From NCBI GenBank assembly GCA_964016885.1, contig OZ024741.1, forward strand, positions 332,010,001 through 332,074,000: a stretch of DNA of 64,000 nucleotides, in the 5' to 3' direction. The first letter of the stretch is position 1; every line of letters begins with the position of its first letter. The notes below the pieces were generated by a model. The model did no database searches. It had not been told where the DNA came from and saw only the letters and a program-made list of their open reading frames with translations. A program made the position numbers and the translations under genes. This stretch comes from Eledone cirrhosa (lineage: Eukaryota). Of the stretch, positions 41,093-56,093 are shown piece by piece.

Positions 41093-42510
41093 TTATTATT
41101 ATTATTATTATGTGGATTGGCAGTATCGGTAGAGGGTTGGACGCCATGCTTCGATGCATAGAGTTACGGCCCTTGCCATTCTGAGTTCAAATCCCGCCGT
41201 GGTTAACTTTGTCTTTCATCCTTACGAGGTCGATAAAATAAAGTACCAGTAATGTACTGGGTAATTGCTGGCCTTGTGCCAAAAGTAGAAACAATTATTA
41301 TTATTATTATTATTATTGCAAGCAGGGAAAAACGGATGTAAAATGAAGCAATAATGCTAAAAAGAATGTTTTAAAATCTGCTCATTGTCAGTTACTGGTG
41401 AAGATGTGAACTCAAATTACTGAACAATATAAGGTGGGGGATTCGCTTTTGAAAATATAGCATTGTGTAAACAAGCTGAAAAAAAATTGGGAATCCCTCT
41501 CTTAGATGTATATTTGTGTCCTAGTTCTTCACTTTATTATAATGCTCTTTACACAGAATTAATTGTTTTACTGGTGTCATTCCATATATATATATATATA
41601 TTATATTTAATACAATAACAGAGATAGTTTAAAGCTAAACTCTGACTGGTAACCATCTCACTCAACAAACATTAGGTTATATTAAAATATAAACCCAATT
41701 TAAGTGTTTGGGGTGCTAACAATATGTATAATGTGGAAAAACCAGTTGTATTATTTTATGAGATATAATTAAAGTTAAAGTATATCTCTCTTTCCAAACA
41801 ATTGTTTCATTATAAGTTTTCTACAAGTTTGGGAGAATGTTTCCAGTTTATGTAGAAGCCTAATATATATTCATGTAAGAATATATTTAGGTGGGCACTT
41901 ATAAATCGTCAGTGGAAGCCCATTAAACATTGATATAAGAAAACAATTTCTTACCGCTGTCAAAAATCATGTCCGTAAAGTCGCTCTCTCACCTCGAATG
42001 ACCGCTAAATTTGAAATTCCAGCAGTTTTTGACTGAGGAAGTATCATAGCGACACGAAGCGGGAAGGGGAGACAACCCACGAAATGAGGAAAAAAATAAT
42101 AATATACACGCGGGTTAATTAGTTTTTTTGAAAACATTATCAATCCAACGTGTTTAAGAACTCAATTGAAAATAAAAAAATAAATATATGCTTGTATAAA
42201 TTACACACGCATATAGATATTTTCTTAGGCTATATATATATATATTATATATATATATACACACACACACACCATTGTATGTTTGTGTAGGGCATTAGTG
42301 ATTTTTTTATTTTTTTATTTGTTAATTGACTTGTGATTGAATGATTGGATAATTAAATCACAATATTTTTTTAATTGTTGTTTTTGTCTGTGTTTTTCCT
42401 TCAAATTGTGTCATCTTAAAGAATAGGGTTTCTTTTAAAGAAATATCTGACACTTTGCAAAAGAAAGGACAAGTAAGAAAGAAAAATACACAAACACACA
42501 TTCATGTACA

Positions 42511-42593
<83 letters not shown>

Positions 42594-42653
42594 TTATATA
42601 TATATATTTATATATATACATATATACATATATATATATATATACATGCATAT

Positions 42654-42692
<39 letters not shown>

Positions 42693-42694
42693 CA

Positions 42695-42782
<88 letters not shown>

Positions 42783-43239
42783 CATACATATATACACACA
42801 CACACACAGACATATATATGTATATAAGAATAAAAGAAAAAAATTAAATGTATTTTCTTTTTCTTTACGACAATTGTATGTTGATTGACAATTAAATTTC
42901 ACTGTGACATTTAGATAATACTATTTAGAAATATCAGTTAACTTTTTTGTTTCATTTCTCATCTATTATGATGAATCGATAAAATGATGAGACGACACTG
43001 GAATGAACTTCCTATTTCAAAAGACAAGACAAGAAAATAAACTGTTCCTATTCTTAGTTCCTTCTTCTGTTCCAACTGAACTGACTTCATTGGACCATTC
43101 AACTCCTTGCTGACATCTTAAGAAAGAGAAGAGAAGAGAAGAAGTTTTCTGCTGCCATTTTAACGTCTGGGAAAGGGGGGCGGGGTGAGAGAGTGAGAGA
43201 GTGAGAGAGTGAGAGAAAGAGAGAGAGTGAGAGAGAGAG

Positions 43240-44360
43240 AGAGAGGTGTTTCTTCTAGTGTGTGTGTGTTTTATGAAAGGTGAACATGGTAGGTGAGAGA
43301 GAGAGAGAGAGAGGGTGAGAGAGAGAAGGGTTGTCTTCTAGTGTGTGTGTGTTTTATGAAAGGTGAACATGGTGGGTGAGAGAGAGAGAGAGGGTGAGAG
43401 AGTGAGAGAGATAGAGAAAGAGAGAGAGGGTGAGAGAGAGAAGGGTTGTCTTCTAGTGTGTGTGTGTTTTATGAAAGGTGAACATGGTAGGTGAGAGAGA
43501 GAGAGAGGGTGAGAGAGAGTGAGAGAGATAGAGAAAGAGAGAGAGGGTGAGAGAGAGAAGGGTTGTCTTCTAGTGTGTGTGTGTTTTATGAAAGGTGAAC
43601 ATGGTAGGTGAGAGAGAGAGAGAGGGTGAGAGAGAGTGAGAGAGATAGAGAAAGAGAGAGAGGGTGAGAGAGAGAAGGGTTGTCTTCTAGTGTGTGTGTG
43701 TTTTATGAAAGGTGAACATGGTAGGTGAGAGAGAGAGAGAGGGTGAGAGAGAGTGAGAGAGATAGAGAAAGAGAGAGAGGGTGAGAGAGAGAAGGGTTGT
43801 CTTCTAGTGTGTGTGTGTTTTATGAAAGGTGAACATGGTGGGTGAGAGAGAGAGAGAGGGTGAGAGAGAGTGAGAGAGATAGAGAAAGAGAGAGAGGGTG
43901 AGAGAGAGAAGGGTTGTCTTCTAGTGTGTGTGTGTTTTATGAAAGGTGAACATGGTAGGTGAGAGAGAGAGAGAGAGGGTGAGAGAGAGAAGGGTTGTCT
44001 TCTAGTGTGTGTGTGTTTTATGAAAGGTGAACATGGTAGGTGAGAGAGAGAGAGAGGGTGAGAGAGAGTGAGAGAGATAGAGAAAGAGAGAGAGGGTGAG
44101 AGAGAGAAGGGTTGTCTTCTAGTGTGTGTGTGTTTTATGAAAGGTGAACATGGTGGGTGAGAGAGAGAGGGTGAGAGAGAGTGAGAGAGATAGAGAAAGA
44201 GAGAGAGGGTGAGAGAGAGAAGGGTTGTCTTCTAGTGTGTGTGTGTTTTATGAAAGGTGAACATGGTGGGTGAGAGAGAGTGAGAGGGTGAGAGAGAGTG
44301 AGAGAGATAGAGAAAGAGAGAGAGGGTGAGAGAGAGAAGGGTTGTCTTCTAGTGTGCATT
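43240..44360. repeat. ~117-bp purine-rich minisatellite, about 10 copies plus degenerate copies to ~44590
   Basis: 'gggttgtcttctagtgtg' recurs near 43328, 43443, 43560, 43677, 43794, 43911, 43992, 44109, 44222, 44339. Confidence 0.95.
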
Positions 44361-44889
44361 TTATGAATGGTGGTGGGTGAGGTGTTGCCTTCTAGTGTGT
44401 GTTTCATGAAAGGTTGGGGTGAGAAAGGGAGAGAAAGGTAAGTGTTGTCTTCTAGTGTGTTTCTTGAAAGGTGAAGTGGTGTGTGGGAGAGGGAGGGGTA
44501 TAGCATTCTACTTTTTATGAGAGAGAGGTGTTACCTTCTAGTGTGTGTGTTTCATGAATGGTGATGGGAGAGAAGAGAGAGAGAGAGGAGATAAAAAAGG
44601 AGTTTTATAATGTATATAAAATATATAAGATATAACCGGTTTCAATGTATCAGTGTAAACCATCTTATCAAATGTTGAATAATAGAATTAAAAAGAATTA
44701 AAAAGAATTAAAAAGAATTAAAAAGAATTAAAAAGAATTTAAAAGAATTAGAAATTAAAAATTTTAAATTAAGTATTGAAAAGGTCTGTTCATCTTTCTT
44801 GTTGCAAGACTGAGTCTGTAATTTTCAAGTCCATGCTAGCGTGGAAGATAGACATTAAACGATGATGACGATGATGATGATGATAGTGG

Positions 44890-45366
44890 TCATGATGGTG
44901 ACATGACAAAAAGCGCCCAGCCCACACTGAAAAGTGGTCATGTAATTGTCATGTCAAAAAGCACCTAGACCCACACTGTAAAGGTTAAATGGTTGTGTAT
45001 GACAAAAAGTACCCTCCCCACACTGTAAAGTGGTTGTGTATGGCAAAAAGTGTCCAGCCCACACTATAAAGAGGTTGTCTATGGCAAAAAGTGCCCAGCC
45101 CACACTGTAAACTGGTCATGTACGGCAAAAGCGTCCAGCCCACACTGTAAAGTGGTCATGTAGGTGTCACGGCAAAAAGCACCCAGTACTCACTGTAATT
45201 GAGGTTGGTGTTATGAGGAAAGGCATCCAACTGTAGAAATCAAGCCAAAAAATCAGTTCTGTATGAGCATGACATGGTCACCTGACCTGGCATTGCCCAC
45301 AGCAGAATAACTTGTCTAAGTCATGCCAACGTGGAAAAATGGACGTTAAACAGTGACGATGATGAT
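44890..45366 (+). mobile_element. RTE/SINE 3'-UTR fragment with tandemly expanded 'cccacactgtaaagtggt' module
   Basis: About seven ~45-bp units followed by the standard tail and (GAT)n. Confidence 0.7.
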
Positions 45367-45593
45367 ATATATATACGGTTTTTGTTTATTTTGCAGTACG
45401 GAAACATAAATGTGTTTATTACAATGTTGTGTAAGAAATGTGTAGAGTGTGACATATGTTTACTTGTATATAGGATTACAGTCCAAATGACAGTTTTATT
45501 TAATATGGTCATCATCAGAATGGTCAGAACCACAGCCCAGAATGCAATCTGTAGTCACTCTACATATAAATAATCACACACACACACACATAT

Positions 45594-45980
45594 ATATTAA
45601 TTCAAAATATTAACAAAAATAGACATTCGTGTGATAAAGTATATTTTATTATACATATTTCAGAGGTACTGAGCTAACTTCAACAGTACGTCCTCATCAG
45701 ATAAAATAAGATGATGCATGACATACCCTGACATAGTAGATGGTTAAGATTCAGTCAACCATTTACTATGTCAGGGTATGTCATGCATCATCTTATTTTA
45801 TCTGATGAGGACGTACTGTTGAAGTTAGCTCAGTACCTCTGAAATATGATCACACAAATGTCTATTTTTGTTAATATTTTGAATTAATATTAATAACTCC
45901 AGAAAACCATAACTGTTGAGTGCTTCCAATCTATTGTAAAACTCATTCTTTGATTTATTCATTGAACCTTGTTTAACCTT

Positions 45981-45983
<3 letters not shown>
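45594..45983. mobile_element. Fold-back element with hammerhead (rearranged, decayed family member at 22542-22780)
   Basis: Inverted arms ~45594-45745 and ~45757-45890; unique tail to 45983; (TA)n flanks. Confidence 0.8.
45642..45708 (-). ncRNA. Type I minimal hammerhead ribozyme
   Basis: UAUUUUAU-CUGAUGA-GGACGUACUG..CAGUACCUCU-GAAAUAUGUAUA-AUAAAAUA: 8-bp helix I and a very short helix III. Confidence 0.75.
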
Positions 45984-46010
<27 letters not shown>

Positions 46011-46011
<1 letters not shown>

Positions 46012-46195
46012 CAGTTGAAGGACCACGAAAAACATTGGCGGAGGTGGTGAGAACAGACCTCAGATCGTTGAAGCTCACGGTGGAGATGACGAAGGACCGT
46101 GACGAGTGGAGAGATACTGTGCTGAATAAGACCCGTCCCACCCTTGCAAGCAGGGAAAAGCAGACGTAAAATAAAATGATGATGATGATGATGAT
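46011..46195 (+). mobile_element. RTE extreme 3' end
   Basis: GPRKTLAEVVRTDLRSLKL...TRPTLASREK plus (GAT)n. Confidence 0.85.
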
Positions 46196-46241
46196 ATATA
46201 TATATGTGTGTGTGTGTGTATATGTATATATATATATATAT

Positions 46242-47928
46242 CATCATCAACGTTTAACGTCCGTGTTCCACGCTTGCATGGGTTTGGACGGGGGTTTTCC
46301 CACTTGAGGCAAGAGTGATTGTCTTGCTCGCATAGGACTGTCTGGCAGGTTTTCTACAGCTGGATGCCCTTCCTAACACCAACCACATTTACAGTGTGGG
46401 TCTGGGAGGTTTTTACCGTGTTGCCTACATGGCCACATTACAGCGTGGACTGTCTGGCGGGTTTTCTACAGCTGGATGCCCTTCCTAACACCAACCACAT
46501 TTACAGTGTGGGGCTGGGAGGTTTTTACTGTGTTGCCTACATGGCCACATTACAGCGTGGACTGTCTGGCGGGTTTTCTAAACTGGATACCCTTCCTAAC
46601 ACCAACCACATTTACAGTGTGGGGCTGGGAGGTTTTTACCGTGTTGCCTACATGGCCACATTACAGCGTGGACTGTCTGGCGGGTTTTCTACTTTGCATT
46701 TCGGACACAAAATGGAGTTTCTACCTACGCCTTTCCTACACACTGAGCATGGCCACTTCCCGGAAGGGACCGCCGCCTTATTTTCTTTCCTACAAACTAG
46801 AACTTTAGTCTTAGACAGGTTAATTTTAAGGCCTTTTGATTCTAGGCCATGCTTCCATGTTTGGAATTTCTTCTCTAGCTCGGCCATTGATTCAGCTATG
46901 AGTGTTAGGTCATCTGCGTATAGGAGTTCCCATGGGCAGCCGGTCTTGAACTCCTCTGTTATAGCCTGAAGGGCAATAATAAATAGCAGGGGGCTGAGAA
47001 CAGAGCCCTGATGGACGCTAACTTTTACGCTAAACTCTTCACTATATTCGTTGTTAATTCTAACCTTGCTGACTGTTTCTTTATACATGGCTTGTATAGC
47101 TCTCACAAGCCATTCATCAACACCTAGTTTTCTAAGGGCCCACCAGATAATCGAGCGGGGTACTCTGTCAAAGGCTTTCTCCAAGTCAACAAAAGCTAAG
47201 TATAGGGGTTTACTTTTAGCTAGGTACTTCTCCTGTAGTTGTCGTACAATGAAAAGAGCGTCTGTGGTACTTTTGCCTGACACAAACTCGAACTGCATTT
47301 CATCGAGGTCAATTCTCTCTCTGATTAGTTGCGCTATTACTTTTTCCGTGAACTTCATGACCTGGTCGATTAATTTAATGCCTCTATAGTTACTCCTATC
47401 TAGGGCATCTCCTTTACCCTTATAACAGTTAACGATGATGCTGCTACGCCAGTCCTTCGGAACAACCCCATTCTGTACGTTAACTATTCGGGTGACCATA
47501 GTGTGTCCCACCGTGCCAGATGCCTTCAGCATCTCAGCAACTATTTCCGAGGGCCCAGCTGCCTTACCCGTCTTCATATCCTTGATTGCCTTACTTATTA
47601 TACTACCCTCGACTAACACTGCTGGTCCCTCTATTGGGTCGATGTGGGGGAGACTGTCTTTCTCCCATTTATTCTCCTCATTTAGTAGCCTTTCATAGTG
47701 ACACTTCCAAGCTACCTTCTTATCAGCGTCGGTGATGGCAGGTACACCGTCATCATTAAGTACACACTTCTCCCCGACAATATCACGGTTTTCCTTGACA
47801 CATTGCCTAGCAATCCTGAACACCTCACGTTTTTGGTCCTCGCGTTGTAGAACATGCTTGAATTTTCTTTCCTCTGCTTCCCTTCTTGCAAAGTACACTT
47901 GTCTCCTAGCTTCCCTCCTGGCCACTTG
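46242..47928 (-). mobile_element. RTE LINE RT fragment joined to a triplicated 112-bp 3'-UTR module and tail
   Basis: 440-aa ORF with GKAAGPSEI, NYRGIKL, DLEKAFDRV, LLYADD that breaks off in the Cys cluster at ~46690; 'ctgtctggc' recurs at 46338, 46450, 46562, 46674. Confidence 0.9.
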
Positions 47929-47982
47929 ATATATATATATATATATATATATACATACACACACACACACATATATATATAT

Positions 47983-49349
<1,367 letters not shown>

Positions 49350-49668
49350 TCGTGTAGGTGTCACGACAAAAAAACACACGGTCCACGCTGTAATGCGACC
49401 GTGTAGGCAACACGGTAAAAACCTCCCAGTCCCACACTGTAAATGTGGTTGGTGTTAGGAAGGGCATCCAGCTGTAGAAAACACGCCAGACAGTCTACGC
49501 TGTAATGTGGTCGTGGAGGTGCCATGTCAAAAAGGCACCCAGCACTCACTGTAAATGAGGTTGGTGTTAGGAAGGGCATCCAGCTGTAGAAATCAAGCCA
49601 TCAGTTTCCGTCCCACCCTTGCAAGCAGGGAAAAAGCAGACATAAAATGAAATGATGATGATGATGAT
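49350..49668 (+). mobile_element. Chimeric RTE/SINE 3'-UTR fragment
   Basis: Two 'ggttggtgttaggaagggcatccagctgtagaaa' modules and the 'cccacccttgcaagcaggg' tail. Confidence 0.7.
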
Positions 49669-49767
49669 ATATATATATACACACACACACATATATACTT
49701 CCCACCCTGTACTGGGTTCATTTGCTCATATGGCCACCTCTATGACCTGACAGATTGGACACACACA

Positions 49768-50668
49768 CTGGGTGACAAAATCAGCAGTGGTGGAGGGTGC
49801 TCTAAAAGTACAGTAGCTAGAGTCAGAACGGGATAGAAAAAGTTCAGAGAGCTTATACCACTATTGGCCGCTAAAGGGTTCTCACTAAAAATGAAAGGCA
49901 GTGAGACCTGGGCATTGTGTGCAGAGGATATACGCAGACTGGAGAGGAACGAAGCTTGCATGCTCCGCTGGATGTGTAATAGTAATATACGTGAACGGCA
50001 AAGCATAAACGAACTAAGGGAGAAATTAGGAATAAGAGGGATCAGATGCTGTTTACTCGAGAGAAGACTACGTTGGTACGGTCACGTGATGCGCATGAAA
50101 GACGACAGCTGTATAAAAAAAGTGCAGGGCAATAAAAATAGACGGTAGCCACGGAGTAGGCAGACCCAGAAAAACCTGGGATGACTTGCTAAATTCCGAC
50201 CTCACACACTTACACCTCTCCAAGACAATGTCACTGGACCGATACACAGTAATACAGAAGACCCGCCTTGCCTAAGTACAAAGCAAAACCTACAGTCAGT
50301 AGGCACCTCTAACAAAATATACCCCCGTCCCACTACCCCCACCCCATCCACACCACCCCTTTCAATGTAAAGTTATGTTGGTACCACAACATCCAGTCCT
50401 AAATAAATTAGGTCGTGTAGGTGTCACGAAAAAAAAACACACAGTCCACGCTGTAATGTGGCCGTGTAGGTAACACGGTAAAAACCTCCCAGTCCACACT
50501 GTAAATGTGGTTGGTGTTAGGAGGGGCATCCAGCCGTAGAAAACCCGCCAGACAGTCCTATGCGAGCAAGACAACCACTCTTGCCTCAAGTGGGAAAATT
50601 CCCGTCCAAACCCATGCTAGCGTGGAAGATGGACGTTAAACGATTATGATGATGATGATGATGATGAT
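49768..50668 (+). mobile_element. RTE LINE 3' fragment
   Basis: GSETWAL...RRLRWYGHVMRMKDD, 3'-UTR, (GAT)n. Confidence 0.88.
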
Positions 50669-51954
50669 AAAGTGAGTGTTATATTAGTGAAATGCTTAGC
50701 TGTTTCCATCTTGGTAAGTTTCTCTCTCTTTCCCCTACTATGTCTGTCTCACTCTCTCTGAATACATCCCCTACCCCCACCACACACATATATGTATATG
50801 TGTCTAAATATATGTTCATGTGTGTATGAATGTGTGTGTACGTGCATATGTGTATGTACATATGTCTGTACCTGTGTGTATGTACATGTATGCATGTATA
50901 TGTGTGTATATGTGTGTCTACGTGTGTGTTGGTATAAGTGTGTTTGTAATGCAACTGAATAGTTTAGGAAAATAATTTATTTTAGGGGTTAATGGGGTTA
51001 AAACTTTATAACATTGCTGCTGTTTTTGCTTGTGAAAGTGTCTGAGAAAGATCCCTGTTAGGTGTATGATGTAAGGCACTCATGCAAGATAGAGCTACAT
51101 ACTTGATTGATTCCTAACTGAAATTTTTGGTGGTGAGTGGAACAGTTTATTTAGATTGATTGCCAGATGTACTTTATTTTATTGACCCAAGGAGAATGAA
51201 AGACACAGCTGACCTCAATGGTGTGGGATAGATAGCCAGATAGCCAAATTGGGTTCTTCTCTGGTGGTGATATATGGGAAAATATTACAGCACTAAGTAT
51301 CACAAAACTTACTGAATGTTGAAGGTGGTTTTCATCAATATATATCAGAGATATTCAATGTTACACATACATAAAGCAGGCATAATTGAAATGAAGGAAT
51401 GTAAGACAGAGAGATTGTATGAGAGATTCAATGTCAGCTTTATAATGTGTTGCCAACAAGATTTGGTTGAGGTTTGATTAAATTGTAGTATGGGTAAATT
51501 GAGAAATATAATTAAAAAAACATGGCGAGCACACAGAAGAGTCCTTGGCAAAACTTACATTCCATACCCATTATTACTATGTTTGCAAACAACTTGGAAA
51601 ATATTAAAGAATTTGGAAGGATTTAGTAACATAATTAAATTTCTTATTATTAAGCTGGTATTTATAACATTGCTTAAGAAAAGCTTCTTACATAAAATCA
51701 TAATGGAAGGTTTAAATTTAAACATGAACACATTAAAACAAACAGGTTTTTTTTATCATAGAACCAGGATCATTTTCAGGCAGGTGGGTATCAAAGGGTT
51801 AACACAAAAGAAAATATTCCATGAAATGTAAGAAAGACACTGTAGCACTTAACTTATCAAAGTGGTAGAGGTAGAAATGTGTAAAGTTCTATTGCTGCTT
51901 CCATCATCAACCTTGGTAGCAAGGGTTGGATCCGTGTTTTGATAAATGAATTAT

Positions 51955-52145
51955 ACAAAATAATATATTTTCAATAAAATAATATATTTTTGATAAAATA
52001 ATATATTTTCGATAAAATAATATATTTTCGAAAAAATAATATATTTCGATAAAATAATATATCTACAATAAGATAATATATTTTCAATAAAATAATATAT
52101 TTTCGAAAAAATACATTTTCAATAAAATTTTGATAAAATAATATG
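51955..52145. repeat. ~21-bp AT-rich tandem repeat
   Basis: Unit approximately 'cgataaaataatatattttt', about 8 copies. Confidence 0.85.
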
Positions 52146-52996
52146 TCGTTTTGTTTAAAAAAAGTTGCACAATAAAAAGTTGTACTATAGCCTTAGGTCG
52201 ACTCATGCCTTGTGAGTGAAACTGGGTAGACAGAAACTGCTTTGAAGCCTGTTGGAAGGATAGACTGTAACTGTAATTCAAAAGGTCAGTTTTGTCAAAC
52301 TCTGTGACACACTGAATCTCCTTGCAAATTATGTTAAGAGTACACTTGTGGCACTTAGACACGTTAATTTCCTAATGAGGTTGTTTCATTGAACAAAAAA
52401 CAAGGACAGTGTTGAAACTGACAGAGGTTCAGTCTATGTGTGTGATTATTTAGAATAAACCTTTTTCCTGTCCTTTAATTCCTTTTGCTCACTAAGGAGT
52501 ATTGGGTGATGAGAGACCTCTATTCTGCATGTTCGCAAGTTGTGACATGGGCTTGCTCACAGTCCAGGCCTATGTCTGGCAGGTTTACCTCCTCAAAACA
52601 TCAACCAAGTCTTGATAAGTTTGCCTTGTTTCCTATGCCATCATTCAGTCTTCCATTCGGAGGAAGTTCTCATTGATCTCATCAAGGCCACTGTCATATG
52701 GTGAGGGTATTCAAAAATGAGTATGATGCAATAGACTGAAAATAACTGTAAAGTAAAACAAAGAAAACCAAACAACAATTTTACACTTTTACCTTACATT
52801 TCATGATATTTCGGAGTTTTGACTCCATTTTCAAACGAAAGGAAATGGAATGTTATAGTAGTGGCAAAAAGCTGAGCTTTCTGCAGTGGTAAAACTGTAA
52901 ACTGTTTTGTTTCACACCTTTATTTATAACTTACATTATAGATTTGTGATAATCAATTTTAACCACAAATCTTATGATGCTTCAGCTTCATATATA

Positions 52997-53029
<33 letters not shown>

Positions 53030-53439
53030 ACGAGTTATAGGAGGAAACTTCAGTTTGTGTCAAAAGACATGACAACTTTTATCAGCACTTGATAATGACC
53101 ATACATAAGCAGGATACAGACCTCCTCGGCTGGTCAGGGACATCAGTGGTTCTACTTCAGTACTGACTTTGTCTTTGTAGGCCCATCCAACCCTTGCTAG
53201 CAGAGAAAGTGGATGTTAAATGGGAATGTTGATGATGATATATATATATTATTATAAAGATTTTTGTTATATGGTTAAACTTCTACTGTTTGAAAAGTTA
53301 GAAGCTTAACCATAGGACAGAGGATCCTTTTGAATTTGAATATCTATATGTGTGTGTGTATGTAAGTGTACATACATATATACATATACACACATATACA
53401 TACATATACATACATATATATATACATACATATGTGTGC

Positions 53440-53470
<31 letters not shown>

Positions 53471-53725
53471 CATATATATACATATATATATATACATATA
53501 CATACATATATATACATACATATACATATACTCTAAACCCATGCTAGCGTGGAAGATAGATGTTAAACCATGATGATGATGATGATGATGATACACACAT
53601 ATACATATATATATCTATATACATACATATACATATATATATATACATACATATACATACATACCTATATATACATAAATATACATACATACATACATAC
53701 ATACATACATACATACATACATACA

Positions 53726-53758
<33 letters not shown>

Positions 53759-54369
53759 CTATATCTATATATAGATATAGATAGGGAGAGATAAAGAATG
53801 AGAGGGGGAGAAAGACAGAGATAGAATGAGTAAGAGTGAGAGAGACAGAGATGGAGATTTTTATAAGTTTTCTTCATTAGAAATTCCCTGTCTCAGAAAA
53901 TAAAGGCTTCTCTACGCATGTATACAATGTAGTTCTAAGTGTCTGAGCAGCAAAAGGTAAAAAAAAAAAAAAAGCAGCAAACCCAAACAAAATCAAAACA
54001 AAGAAATCTTTTCAAACAACATTCCTGTCACGGACTTCAGATTTAATATGATGACAGCTATTGGTCTATAGGTAAATGATGGTCATGTGAGTCTGAGGCA
54101 GCAGCATCTGTAGCAGCAATAGACTTTAGTAATGCTAACTGCAGCATTGCCATCATCATCATTATCATCATAATTATCAACATCATTATCATTATGATCA
54201 TCATCATATGCAACATCTTGAGCAGCAGAATTGTCATCATCATCACGAGCAACATCATCATCAGCAGCATTGCCATCATCATCATCATCATCATGAGCAA
54301 CTTCATCAGCAGCATAGCCATCATGCAGGCAAGCCTCATCCTCATCATCACCAACATCAACAGACAACA

Positions 54370-54960
54370 CACTTAGAATTTGCATCACCAGTCTGGAACC
54401 CCTATCTTGCTCAGAACATTGACCGACTGGAAACTGTTTAGAGAAGTGCAACCAAGCGAATACCCTCCATCAGGCATCTACCATACTCTGAGCGCCTTGC
54501 TTTCCTGGGCATGGATACATTGAAACTCTGACGCCTTTCAACTGACTTGGTAAACACCCACAAAATTGTTAACCATCTTGCCAACAACAACCCTGAGTAC
54601 CTTTTTGATTTCCATGTGTCTAACACACGTGGGTATGCCCACAAAGTCAGAAAACAGCACAGTTCCCATGACTTTCGGAAACATTTTTTCACGCTCAGAG
54701 TTGCTGAAGCATGTAACAAACTACCTGCATCGGTTGTTAGCTGTCGAGACACTGCATCCTTTAAGGCCTCCATGTTTCCGGAGATTTTCCAACACTACAC
54801 CTAATGTTCCCCCTCCATACACATACACACATGTATATCATGACTCATACACTATTCACTTCCCTGACATTTGTATATTATTCTATGTACTATACATGCA
54901 CCTTTGATGAGTTGTAGTGCACCTGAGCACATTACACAATAATTTCATTATTATTATTAT
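54370..54960 (+). mobile_element. CR1-clade LINE 3' end
   Basis: LEFASPVWNPYLAQNIDRLETV, RATKRIP-like, YSERL, FRKHFFTLRV; (ATT)n tail. Confidence 0.85.
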
Positions 54961-55861
54961 ATGATGCAGGCAAGCAAGCACCACCAACATCATCATCAGC
55001 ACCAACATCATCATCATCATCAGCAGCAGCAATAAGAGTAATCATAGCCATCATTATCATTGCTATTGAGTTGATAAAACAACAAGCAGCACCACAAGAA
55101 GATAGGAAACATCTAGCAGGCAACATCGCTGTCTCCTTTATAGTTAATCATCTTGCTATATGTATATATATTAAGGCTGCAGACATATTCTTCTCTAGCA
55201 GGAAGTAAGTATTGTGCTGACTGCATTGTTAGCTATTTTCATTAGCAGAAACCACCACCAAGTTTTGCATTGACACATTCTTAAAGATTTATTTTACTGA
55301 CATGGAGTTTCCTGCAGTGGTTCCAAGCGTGTTCATTCTTTCTCTATCTTTCCAAACCACAAAGTATTATAATATATATTCAAGTGACACTGTTGTTGTT
55401 AATTGTCTATCTGTTCAATTCCATTCAATTCCGTTCAGTTCTGAATATTATAGCTGCTCAACATAAGTTTGATATTTTCACTTTAGTTTTATGATATTTT
55501 TCCAGCTATGAAATAAATAATTGTTTCTAATTTTGGCACAAGGCCAGCAATTACCCAGTGCATTACTGGTACTTTATTTTATCGACCCCATAAGGATGAA
55601 AGGCAAAGGTAACCTCGGCGGGATTTGGACTCAGAATGGCAAGGGCCGTAACTCTATGCGTCAAAGCATGGCGTCCCCTCTTTCATGGCTGAAATATTCT
55701 CTCTTCTAATGGACAAATAAAATAGTTCTGGTCATGTAGAAGTCATTTCTGTAATAAAATAAAGACGTCAATATTCTACTAATGTATTGAGTACCTTTTT
55801 TTAACTTGTGGTCACCTCTCAATATACATTGGGAATTTACCTGTTATATATATATACAGTA

Positions 55862-55894
<33 letters not shown>

Positions 55895-55895
<1 letters not shown>

Positions 55896-56093
55896 ATAGT
55901 AGGACACTGGAAGGTAATATCCGTAGTAGTAGAGCACTCAGTCCATGGGACGACTTTGGTAGAAGTAGTTCCACGACAGTTAGTCACCATACTGAGAACA
56001 AATGTTTCACCTTATGCGGATCTTCAGCTCGGTGAAACAAAGTGAAACATTTGTTCTCGGTATGGTGAGCTAACTGTCGTGGAACTACTTCTA
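55895..56093 (-). mobile_element. Fold-back element with hammerhead at 55991-56033 (-)
   Basis: Arms 55960-56010 and 56042-56093. Minus strand reads ACCGAG-CUGAAGA-UCCGCAUAAGGU-GAAACAUUUGUU-CUCAGU (one helix I mismatch; the mirror arm keeps CUCGGU). Confidence 0.72.

Noticed and set aside
43240-44360. Regularly spaced repeats resembling a CRISPR array
   Set aside because: Spacers are identical low-complexity GA runs, the context is eukaryotic and there are no cas genes; it is a minisatellite.
53035-53092. Hammerhead-like motif on - strand (CUGAUAA...GAAG)
   Set aside because: Two core mismatches and no convincing helix I or III.
54058-54441. His/Gln-, Asp- or Met-rich ORFs
   Set aside because: Degenerate (CAT/CAG)n repeat running into a CR1 fragment.
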